NCBI GenBank assembly: GCA_030704615.1
Contig: CM060732.1
Location: 27,218,001-27,282,000 of the forward strand
DNA from: Takakia lepidozioides
Taxonomy: Eukaryota; Plantae; Bryophyta
Direction of reading: 5' to 3'
DNA: 64,000 bases
Shown here: one piece after another, positions 35,791 to 47,959 of the stretch
How positions within the stretch are numbered: position 1 is the first letter of the stretch
How the letters are laid out: each line of letters opens with the position of its first letter
Notes under the pieces: generated by a model
What the model saw: the letters and a program-made list of their open reading frames with translations, nothing else
Told to the model about the DNA's origin: nothing
Databases searched by the model: none
Position numbers and translations under genes: made by a program

Positions 35791-38655
35791 CATCAAGGTG
35801 TCTTGCCGTGCCAAGTCAGTGTGATCTGGTTTCTGACGAGCAGATAATGCAGGAGGAGCAACCATTGCAGGTAGGAAATTTCACAAAACGTTACTGGCTT
35901 GCTGGTTTGTTATATCTTGACCTAATTATGCGTATCAGGAGTGCGTCTGACATCAGATTTACAAGCTTTGTATGATATTAACTCTTAGACCGGAGTCCTC
36001 GTGCTAGAAACCTTTGGAAATGGAGTGTCACACTTCATTTGGAGGGTTATATCTGTTTATGCTTGCTGGTTATGCTTTGACCCTGGCAAGTTCTTTCAAC
36101 ATGGAGGAGGTAATACAATGAAGCCTACCGGAGGTATTTCTGTTTTTTACACAACAGTTGCGAATTGCAAAGAGAATTCGCAGATTTATATGCACCATAA
36201 TATTTGTGTCACGGATACACCTCAGTGGGACCTTAAACAAAACTTGGCCGTAGTTGGCAGTTGCCCTTTCTATACATATTGTCACCTGTTTGTTTGCCAA
36301 GTTTTAAGGATGTTGTGACCGCATTACTTGTAATTAGGGGTAAGCCTGGCTTTCAAGAAATGTTTCCATACCTGTGATTCAATATTTTGGATGTATTGTT
36401 ACCAAACTTCGTCTATAAGAACTTGATCTGGTTCTTAAAGTCTAAGGGTCATAAGTAGAAAGTCACCCCAATTGTTAAAGATGACCGATTGGTAATTCTA
36501 ATATTCAGGTTGCTTGGTGCACAAAGATCATCAATCCAGGTGGATGACTCCGAGTATGTCATCAATGTCAAGCAAATTGCGAAGGTATGCCAGGAGTGAA
36601 CAATGGTTGCGGCCTCTCTAACAGCAGTTTTTAGGATGTACATGGTGATCATAGGTTGAGTATTTTGTTGAATGTAACTTGCGTTCTTAGGTTTGGAGAC
36701 TTCTACTTGAATGGGTAGAAGTGTTTTCGGAAGGCAAACACCTTCCTCCATGTGCAGCCATGCTGCTAACATCCTCTTGCTTTTGTTTGATTGCAGTTTG
36801 TGGTTGGATTGGGTGAGAAGGTATGTCTGGCAGATATTGAGGAGGCCATGCGCGTTGGGTCTCTCTCTTTCTCTCTTGCTCTCTCACTCTCTATTCACTC
36901 CTTTGATCACGCTTGTCACTCCTTTAATCACTCAGCTCCAGTGTGGCCTATCTTGTCATTTGAGACATCATTTTGATTGCACATCTGCCTTTGTGTCCAT
37001 ACTGTCATCTCCTCACCCGTGGGTCAATGACAATTTGGATCTGGGTACAATTTGGACCTCGCAGAAAATATCAAGGAAGGATTGTTGTTCTGTTGTTGCT
37101 TAGATTTTGATGGCAACTTATCAAATCCAGATTTGGAGCCACTCAAGATTGATCTCAATGTCACAATGATGACACTGGAAGAGAAGCCTAATATTACCTA
37201 CAGTGAGTGGGGTGCAACAGATCGAGAAGATGTGTGAGGTGAGACTCAAATAAGCTTATACTGTCGGTCATTTTCAAAAAGATGTATTGATCAAAGTGTC
37301 CTGGTACGTATTGTCTTAAACCAAATCCTGTAATGACAGGAAAACATTTTGGGGGATGATGACCTGCATGCAACAATTGCTGGATACGTTGACTTTTTAG
37401 AGAGACTTATGAATTAGTGGGTGAAAGGTTAGTCAATCATTAGTCAATGGTAAGCTGTTGGCCCTTATTCTCATTATTGACATTAGATGCAGCTCCTGGG
37501 TGTGGAAATAGAGGGTTTTTTAAATTGGTTAGGTCTGATATGATTGGGCCGCTACTTTTGCACATCGCAGATCAGAGTGAAAGTTTGACCTGAGTGCATG
37601 TGAACTGGTGTAACCTCTGGGATTAGGTTATTTGTAGTCAGATGGACAATTACATAAGAAATGGGGACCATGCCATTGTGATAAGTGAAAGCATCTTTGA
37701 AGCAGGTGTTCCAGAACTGAAAATTGAAACTTGTTCTAGATGTAGTTAACCTGATGAGAGGAGTTAAAGCCAATCTGGAGAAGTTTTGCCAAGCGTTTCT
37801 GCTCGTGGACAGATCCAGCTTTCAAAAGCCTCCAGTCACTGTTACTGCAACTATTAGTCTACAACTCAGCATTTTGTCATCCATTAACTCAATTTTTATC
37901 CGAGAGGGTCTCCTCTCATCCATGAACTCAGATAATTACTGCAAGTCGCCATCGGCTGGCTCAACCCTCTCAGGTTTTGTCAGCATGGCTCCTTGCAGCA
38001 ATCACCTAGTTAAAAGTAGAAGACTTTGGAAGGAGAAGGTTTTGGATTTGAAGTGGTTTTGTTTGCTGACCAGTGTACTAATTGGATATCTGTGACGCAG
38101 GTGGTAGAGTGCCTATGCTACACCCACAGAAGTTTGTGAAGCTAGGGGTTGATCCCCCCAAGGGAGTGCTTTCGTATGGACCACCTGGCATGGGGAAGAC
38201 CCTATTTAGCACATGCAGTTGCAAATCAGACGGAGGCTTGCTTCATTTGTGTTGTTGGTAGCGAGCTTGTTCAGTAATACGTGGGAGAGGGGGCATGTGT
38301 GATCTGTGAGATTTTCCAGGTAAGCTCTTGTATGTCACAAAGGTTTGTTCAACTACTCTATCTGGATGCCCAATCATTCGGCCTAAGCTATGGCTCTCTC
38401 CTGAATCACTGAGCTCTACATTTTGTCTTGGGTGAGGAGATGGCACAATCAAAGAAGGCATGCATTGTGTTCATAGATGAGGTGGATGCAATAGGATGAG
38501 CATGATTTGATGATGGAGTGGGGGTGATAATAAAGTGCAATGCACAATGCTTGAGATTGTGAACCGACTTGACGGCTTCGATGCCTGTGGCAACATCAAA
38601 GTGTCGATGACACCAACAGGTGTGTGGTGGTCTGCTTGTCTTCCTGACCTGAGGA
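35791..38655 (+). pseudogene. RPT1: Unprocessed pseudogene of 26S proteasome AAA-ATPase subunit 7 (RPT1/PSMC2)
   Basis: Exon remnants [89 protein letters not shown] and [14 protein letters not shown]. Introns retained, multiple stops and frameshifts, C-terminus missing. Confidence 0.92.
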
Positions 38656-41600
38656 CTCCCTGGGGTTGCTTGCAGGCATACGTTGGTTGGTCGGTTGGCT
38701 GTGATGGATCCAGGTGAGGCCACTTCACCTTCTTTTGTTGCAAGAAATGCTACTAAAGGCAAGAGACTAAGGGAGTGAGGCTTTGAGCTCTCTCAAACCT
38801 CAGATCTGTTTGTATGTGTTGATTGTGTACAGTACATGCTGCTGCTGCTTTTACTCTGAATGGTTTGATGGATCTATGAGCTTGTACCTCCATGGAAAGG
38901 AGTTACCTCTAAGGAGAAATGCTCTTCCTACATCTACTGTCCTATTCTATGATATGAAAGCGAGGAGGCAGATCTGTTTCTGAGAAGGGCTGACCTGGTG
39001 TGCATCTGGATGCCACTTAGTACACCTTAAAACTGCTTTTCGAGCAAGGATATGTAAAGGGAGGTATGGAGTATGGAGGCAGGTGTGGGTAGAGATAGTT
39101 TGATGGTGCCTAAATTAAAAAGAGGCCAAAACATTGCACATTGTGCTTAGTGTTTCCTTGTCTAGCTTTGACATGCTAGGTAATCTCTCTCGCGCGCATC
39201 ATGCACAAAGCAACGCTAGGGAGGCCTAGCATCCACCATGCATGCCAAGGCACAAGTTCAGGACAAGCAGCAAGTCACAAAGGAGCAATAACAGTCAGAA
39301 GTTCACAGCAAGCCGCTCTTTCAACCGTAACTGTCAGTGGCTACATATATCTCTCTTCAGCTTCAAAGCATTAAATTTAAGTTAGCGAGCTTTTAAGTTT
39401 TGGAGCCCCCTCTAATCCTGCACCCGTTCACCGTTCCTGTTTCTGCTCCATTCAAAGTGGACCAGGTCTCTATCCCTTCCCCTCCTCTGTATCTCCCAAC
39501 ACATTTGGGGCTGAGGGGTGATCCCTGTGGAAACCCAGGCTTAAACCACTTCACATTTGTTATCAATGTCATCCCTGAAACAGATCATACTAGCAAAGAG
39601 AGGATTGGTGGTCTCATGACAGTACGCACCCATTCCCAGAGCTAGTCAAGTCGATGTTAGTTCTTCATAGTGTCCACTCTCTTTGTGTTGTCATACCAAG
39701 CAGCCCTTTGGAGTCTGAATGATACCTGGCTTGAAGTCATAGTTGAACAGTAAGGTGGTCAGCTCCTTGAGCTCGTGCCTGCTCCTCTTCCATATGTGAA
39801 GAGTGGCCAGGCTTTCTAACCTTGATGGGCTGCTGACCCATGGAAAACCCTTGTGAGTCATCCTGTTATCCATTGTTCTAGGAAAAATATCTGAACAGAA
39901 TAACTGATCCACATTCAAGGGAGTGAGAGAAGGAGAGGTGCTAAAGGGTATGATAACTGGTCTTGTGGCAGGTGCTGATACATGGAGTGTCTCCTCAAAG
40001 GCTGGCATGTGTGCTATCGCGCTCCGGGCAGAAGACTGTGACAGAGAAAGTTTTTTCAGAGGGGGGTGAATAAAGTGATCTAAGACATCAAACATTTAGT
40101 GCTACTCCCAAGTATATGTTGTACAATTGATTTAGGACTTGCTTGTCCAGTCAGTTGTTGCTGAAAACTGATCTCAAGAGCAATACCTTGTAAACCTAAC
40201 ATCAAGTTTAAAATTTTATTCAATAGTACTCATGCAGTGTCACAGTTATATAGCTGGCTGTTGAGAAATGGATTGCGGGTGGAGTAGTTCCCATGACACA
40301 CTTCTGATGCACCAAAAGTTACTCAATCCTGCAGAGGAGTGAAAGTGAAAGTTTAGTGCAGTGACTCCAACAGTGGGAAGACTGTCGACTCCACTGTTCA
40401 AGTCTACTCCACTCCAAAGCTTTGCACTCTATGGTTCACCTTCAATGCAATGGCAACTCTCACGTCCATGAAAAGACGCGGGGGATACGATATGGTATTT
40501 ACCCCGTAAGAATGACGTTGTTGAGGGCAGTAGGTATGTAGATGGATCACTGCATAGATTTTGATGACTCTTCAACCCTAAAGGCTGCTGCCGCTTGCTA
40601 CATCTGGATATCAGGAAAGTCTCGGTGACGTGACCCGATCAGTGCTGCCAGAAATGTGAACTCGGAGCTTTGATTCTGCATTGCACAAGTGTGGAGGTGG
40701 GGCCAGCGCTAGCTCACCTCGCTGCATATGCCTTCGGATATCCTCACTACACTGACCCCACACCCTTGCAGGGTACCTGCTGCGGTGAGCGAAGGTGGGG
40801 CCGATGAGGAGCTACCAATTGTCAATGATAACGCATCCACACCTCCTGTGCAGCGATCGTCAGATGTGCCGATTACTCGGACCCACGCTCGCAAACCAAC
40901 ATCATTTGCCGGTGCTTTTCACTCAAACATCTCTTTCACAAAACCTCTTTGACCTGCTTGGAGCTCATTTTGCACATGTACTGTACTGTACCTCCACCCT
41001 CCTTACTAGGTGGTTTCTAGACACCTTCATCGATTCCCGCAAACTCGTAAACATCTTGTCCTTGCGCGGCAACATGCTAGTTATTAGTTAGTCAACCTTC
41101 ATACGCATTGTGCCTGTCCCTGCCAACAGACCTGACGCTCACCATTTGCTACACTGTCTCTCTCCGCCTCCTCAGCAACCTCCTGTTTCCACCCACCACG
41201 TGGGCCCCCTGCCAAGTTTGTTTGGAGGAAAAAGAAAGAATGCAAATAGTTAACTGCTTGTGAAGCAGGCTTTTATTATTTATTCAGTCCTGTGTCCTCT
41301 CTCTCTGTCCTGCACTACATACTCCGGGCACTTCTGGATTACGTCCAAGCATTTCCAAAATCCGGGCAGGTCCAGTTGAGAAGTTTGAGCGGGCTTCAGG
41401 ACGGGCACAATTTGGACTTTCCCGGATTTGAGAGTCAGAAACTACGGACTAAGTTAGTGGACTTGTCCACGACTCTCGATTCCTGCAACACCACAAATTC
41501 TAACTCCTACGATAGATTTTCAAAACTTTTAGAGACTTGTATTGATAGGCTACATATAAGGGAAAGAGAGAGAGAGATGGGCACTGGCAGCGTAAGAGTA

Positions 41601-44600
41601 GGGTAAGCAAATTCACAGGGAGAGGGTGATGGTACAGTCGTACAGTCTGCCCTCCATATCAGTTAATGTTTGGGAGTAAGAAAAATTGTAACACTTAAAG
41701 GATTCTAACACTTTAACAGATACAAATTTAGGATCAATGAAAACTAACATTTGTAAAGTTCACTCTTACATAAGGAGCCCAAAAAATGTTCACGTTAATA
41801 GAACTATGAGAAGGGAAAAATCGTGGTGGCTGATGATCTACAGCCAGTGAAGGTTGGAAGAAAGACTCTATACATGTCTGATGTGACACATACACATGTT
41901 CACTATTCAAAGAGGGGAGTAAGCAGTGTTTAACAGTTAGACACTTGCTTAGTTCCCAAGTAGGGAGTAAGAATTACGCTAACACATAAGGTTTTTTTTA
42001 ACGCTTATGGAGGTAACAGATGTGTAGCGCTGCCTGCACCACACATCCCTAGGGAAGGGGTCTGGAATCTTTGGGCTCACGCGTCTGCATGCGCCTTCCC
42101 ATCCTATCACGCTGCCCCCTTCAACCATCCCACTCATCCGCCTGACTTAGGGCTCGAATCCTGTTATCTGCTTCTGGACTGCTACCGTCTGCCTGCACAG
42201 CGTGCTCGCTAGGTATCCTGCATGGCTCGCTCATCAAGTGGGAAGGGGCCTCGCGCATCTCACGCTTCCTTTCCAAAACAAAAGCAAGAAAAATATTTAA
42301 CTACTAATAATTTTATATATATATATGTATATGGGCGACTGCTTTTTGGTGGGGTCGATCTGGCTGCTGGTGGGCCGCGACCCGAGATCCTGCCGGGTAC
42401 GACGGGCGTACTGATTGCCCTATGGCCGACGCTGCACGTGCCGAGTGTTGGATGGCTGTATGACACTTGTCCTAAAATAGATGGCCGATACAATGTTCTG
42501 GGAGCATATTAGCCTGCCAGACTCTAGGTCATGGGTAGCGCCGGAGATCTAACCAGAGTTAGTTCCTCACCTCACCTCTCCTCTTTACCTGGTCTTATTT
42601 GTAACTTTGGATGTTGTCAAATGAATGACAATCATCTAGCATTCCATTCTTCTAAACCCAACCCACTCGCAATGTCACCCGTCTCGCATAATTCTCGCAT
42701 AATTCTCAACAACAAACGAAACATGGACCCTCCCAACAAAAATTGAAGGACGGAAAGCATTTTCGTTGGTGCTTATTATTAATTTTCCGGAATATAATTT
42801 CCTCGGAAATCCTGTACCCGCCGGTTTCGGTTATGAAAAAAATTCGAATATCTCATACTGCAAGAACATTTCAAGGTACCTGTCATCAATACCTCCCGTT
42901 ATTGTATGGCCGATACCCGGAATGATCCGGTTATTTATATCTATTTTTTAATTTTTGAAGTAAAATTGTAGTTGTACAAGCTCATTTTGAAAGCACCATG
43001 CCCTTCTCTGCATATACCCTACCTACTGTCATCCCGGCTTTGACCACGTCACCGTGATCCTCTTTTCCGAACGGCCCCGGACCCGCACATGCAGTGCCGT
43101 ACTATCGATAACCTGCTCTCTTTGCAACGGGCCTCCGTTCGGATATTTGTCAACTGAGAGTACATATGATCTTTTGTTTAGACCTACATTCTACTTCATC
43201 CATCCTACATCCATGCTCACATCTGACATGCCTAGGCCGCAGCCAATGGGCACATGCCACCCATGACGCCCCATGGCGTCATCTGCCATCACGCCTCTGC
43301 AGCTACACATGGCCATGGAATCTACGAAGCGACTCGGGAGCGGCGTTCCCCGCTGTTTTGCGCCCGGGATCGGGCCCACCCACCATCCCAAGTTCGAACA
43401 CGCTGCAGTTAGGGCCCCGCTGGTGCTGGGCTCAAATCCGCACAACCGGCCTCTGTGAGCAAGTCCTTGTCGGTCGCGCACCTTCCCTCATTCAGTGTTC
43501 CCTGCCGACAATGCCGAGGGTCTCGCATGGCGCGCCGCTGATTTGTGGCGCTCACACGTGGGCTCCCGGAATTGGCTCGCTGCGGCTAACCGGGGCGGCC
43601 GGTCAGCTGAAGGGTTTCTACCCACTTTGACCCAGTCCCCTGATTGGACTGCGAATCAAGTAAATGCGTGAAAAAGCAAGCTGCATAATCTAGTCCCATC
43701 GTTTCTAGATGTTTCGGACCGTTCGATGTCTGCCGCGTGTGAGGTGTACCGGGAAAGCCGGTTACCGGTGGTCATTCGCCACCCCTATGTGCGAGCTGTT
43801 CTCTTTCTCCCTCTCTGTCTCTCTGCTCGCAGCACGACAGCCGCGGGTGCCTTCTCTATTGCAGTGCCTGCCGAGTTTTGTGTGCGTCGGCTGCTCTACT
43901 GCATGGCCGCATGCAAGGTGTTGCGTTGCTGGACTTGCTGATTGTATGTGGATTTCGAACCTACAGCTTGAAGCGCAAGGATCGTTCGAGGAATTGCGGG
44001 CGGTGCGAGTGAGTAATTTTCGGCTTTCTCTGTGATCGGGAGGCCGCATTTTCTGGGGGATCCCTCCAAGTCTTCTTCTGTGGGGAGGAGTGATAAAGTT
44101 AGTGTTTTGCTTGTCGCACAAGGAAGAAATAGCAAGAAAGCGGTTCTGTTGTTTGTGGCAGAAGGAAGGACTAGCGCACTGTTCATCGCTCTTGCTATCC
44201 CTTCTTTTCAGTTCGGAATTCCTTACTGTGAACGAGTTCTGAGAACGGTCTGCTGTACGCCGAGAGGAGTTCGGGACGTTTCTTAAAGCGTCTGGACTTT
44301 CTTAGAGAATTTGGCTGCGGAGTAGGGTGGAAATGAGCGTCTTGGTGTGGTTTGGAGGATGCAGCGAATCGCGACAGGCAGCATGAGTGGAATCTGTAGA
44401 GCAGGTTAGCCAGTCCGCACTACCTCATCATGTAGTTTCTTCTTAAAGGGTGTCTTCTTAGAAGAGAGGAAGCCAGAGAGATGGAGACATAGCCAATGTG
44501 AAGTGCAGGTTGGCAGCCACATTTCGCTGGGTGTCATGTGATGTCGGTATGAATAGGAGTCAGTATTGGCACATCATAGGGCATGGCTAGCCTGCCAGAA

Positions 44601-45193
44601 TATTCTAGCATGCAATTTCTTTTTGGTTGTCGGTGGCATAGGCCATCCCTGTGTTGTATTCCCCGGAATGTGCAGAGCAAAGGTGATACTGACTTGCAGG
44701 TCGAACTCCCAAAGTGTTTTGACTTGGCAGACGAGGCATGTTGCAGATGCAAGACACTGTTTTCTCTTCCCTGATTCACATGGTTGTTCGTTGAATGTAC
44801 TTTCCATCGGTCTTCAACGTTTTTCTCTTTTTATTGTTGCTCATTTCGAGAATTGATTGTATTCGCTATGAAATTCACCAAGGACAAGTTACTCTGACAC
44901 CCGTGGGCTTCTCATTGGTGGTTGCTGTAGATCTTATTCATTGTTGATCAGATCCAAGTATGACATGGGTGGAGGGGTGGTTTGGATGTTTGGAATGTCT
45001 TAAGATTTTTCTTGTTTAGTTCAGAAGGTTCCTGGTATTTAGATGGGGTGGCATTTGCATAAGTAGGTACTAATGGAAGGTGGAAACGATTCTGTGGTGC
45101 AGGAGCGAGTAATGAATCCTGTAGGAAAGAAAGGGAGCACGAGGCCAGTGCCATTTTAAGAAAGGTTAAAGTGAGGTAGCAAAGATAGTTGTA

Positions 45194-47924
45194 ATGGAAC
45201 CCAAAGCGACTATTGCAAGTGTGCGCACTCGAGTGGGAAAATATGAACTTGGCCGTACCCTTGGAGAGGGAACCTTCGCCAAAGTTAAGTATGCAAGGAA
45301 CGTGGAGACTGGTGAGAGCGTTGCAATCAAAGTGCTGGACAAGGAGAAAATACTCAAGCATAAGATGGTCGAGCAGGTAGTGCTGGGCTCCCTCCTTACT
45401 TCTATCCATTGGAGTATTGTGTGTCTTCTCTGATTCCCTCCCTGCTCAATTGTACTCTCTTCCAGTTTCCTATGTCAGAACCTTCCATCGTCTGCATGTC
45501 TCTTTCTTCATTTCATCCCGTAGTTTGCATGGGAACAGGCTCTACTCAAATTTGTTCTATACTTCTTCCAGCTTGAATCTTCTCAGTTTTTCTTTTTTGG
45601 TTACTTTTAGTTGTAAGTATGGAGATATGTTGCTCTACTTGTGAGGATATTCTGCTGGCTTGGAATTTCGACATTAGAAGAGGGTCTCCACAAGTTGACG
45701 TATCCTGTAGCCCCAGGAAGAGTTCCACAACTGAATTGCAGTTGGGACATTTTTTGTTATCTCCATATGTAAATTAATCTTCTCTTGTTTTACTGATCCA
45801 AAATGCTGAAGTAATTTTCAAAGGGATTCTTTCCTGCAAATGCTCACCTACATGGACAATGGAACAGATCAAGCGAGAAATCTCAACAATGAAGCTGGTG
45901 AAGCACCCAAACATTGTGCAACTTTTGGAGGTAGACGTCTACCCTAGTTACTTGCCGAGAGGCAAAGATTGACCAGTGAATATGGCAGTGGTGACTAATG
46001 AAGTACAGAACCCTGTTAACTTTTCTCTCTCCCTGTTTCTCTAAGAGTCTATTTTTCTTGCCCATCTTCCTGGCCACAAGGCTACGGCAAACGACGTCTT
46101 ATGAGTACTTTTTTTTTTTTTTCTTACCCATCTTCCTGCCTTGCTCCCCCTTCCTCTATTATGTTGCACCCTTTCTGTGCTCTGTTGAGGGAAAACCTGT
46201 TTGGTGCTAGGAGGTCAGGACCTTGAGGACTCATGTGTGAGCTCCATGGCAGGTAATGGCCAGCAAGACAAAGATTTACATTGTACTCGAGTTTGTCACG
46301 GGTGGCGAGTTGTTTGACAAAATTGTAAGATTCATACCACCTGAATAAGTATGTGTTAGTATGCTGAATTGCACATATAGTTATCCCGTTCTCCCTTATG
46401 ATCTCCCCACTGCATTAATGAAGATGTGCCCTGTGAATGGGGCCCACTGCAAGCCTCCCATGGCAAAGGGGCATTGCCTCCTCCTCTCTCTCTCTCTTTT
46501 AATTGTATGAGTTTCCATATCCAGCTTGGGTGTGCTGAGGTGTTCCTGTTGTCTTGGGATTTCTCAGGTTCATCACGGGCGATTGAAAGAGGATGATGCA
46601 AGGAAATACTTTCACCAGCTCATAAATGCAGTGGACTACTGTCATAGTCGTGGTGTTTACCATAGAGATCTTAAGGTTTGTATATGGACTGGTTTTGGGT
46701 TTCTAGATTGCTGTGATGGTTCATGACTAGGTGTTGGGTCATCACTCATCCATTACTGTGGCTATCAGTGGTCGGCTTGTATCTGTGCACTTTCTGGTTC
46801 GTATTCAGAGCTTAATCACTGAGAAGGATGAGTAGCCACAATTCCAGGTGCCTGAGACAACGAAGTGATGAAGGACGCCAAAGCTGAATCTTGGCAGGAA
46901 ATGGAGTGCAGGCAGCTTCATGATTTAGTGAGGAGTTCAGTGGCATCACTAATTCATGGTGGTGAATAGTCCCTTGATCAAACTCTGCTAACTTGGGTTG
47001 TTTTGTCATGGAACAGCCAGAAAACCTGCTGTTGGATTCCAATGGAAACTTGAAGATATCTGACTTTGGGTTGAGTGCGCTGCCTCAGCAGTGCAGGGTA
47101 TGTCATCCATGCTGTTAACCCAGGTTGTAGTTTGGAGTATGGAACTGTTTGATGGTTGGCATTGTCTAAATGAATTACTCTGCATTCAAGTTACATGTCT
47201 CTCTCCCTCTCTCCCTCTCTCCCACTATGCATCATACTGGTTAAGTTACTGCATGGAGATGGGGGAGGATTTTAAACCCCTGTGGATTTGTCTAATTGGG
47301 AAGAGTCGGTGTGCAGGAGGACGGTCTACTACATACCACATGTGGAACTCCAAATTATGTGGCCCCAGAGGTGGAACTTGCTCTTCTGAACCCCTAATTG
47401 CTTGAGCGAGCCTCTATGGGTAGTTGTAGGATTTTCCTCTTAGTATTTCTTCGTTGGATTGTCATTAATAGAAAGACGGTTTGTTTATGGGCAGGTGATC
47501 AATGACAAAGGATATCATGGTGCTACTGCGGACTTGTGGTCATGTGGTGTCATCCTGTTTGTGCTCATGGCTGGATATCTACCCTTTGATGAGCCCAACC
47601 TCATGACCTTGTATAGAAAGGTGCGCAAACCTCTCTCAATATTCTTTGTGGTGAAACACTTAAATAACACGTGCCTGTCTCCCTATCTTTCCCTCCAACT
47701 ACGCCACTAGGCTATTGGGTTTGCATGCGGACAAGTGCTCTCCCCTCTGCGAGCACCTTAATGGCAGTTGCAGGAAAATAGATTATACCTGCAGCTGAGC
47801 TGTGGGGATAAGCTAAACCCTGATGGCTGCAAAACCCACAAATGTCTTTGGGAGGGTTAGTTTGCCACAGGTTCATTGGCCATAAGGCTATCTATTTCAA
47901 GAGAACGATTGCAGGGCATGAGTA

Positions 47925-47959
<35 letters not shown>

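Noticed and set aside
39691-41100. Short ORFs, possibly decayed TE coding sequence
   Set aside because: No motif could be assigned.
41300-42940. CCGG-rich patches resembling MITE remnants (41300-41480, 42770-42935)
   Set aside because: No paired TIRs or TSDs were found.
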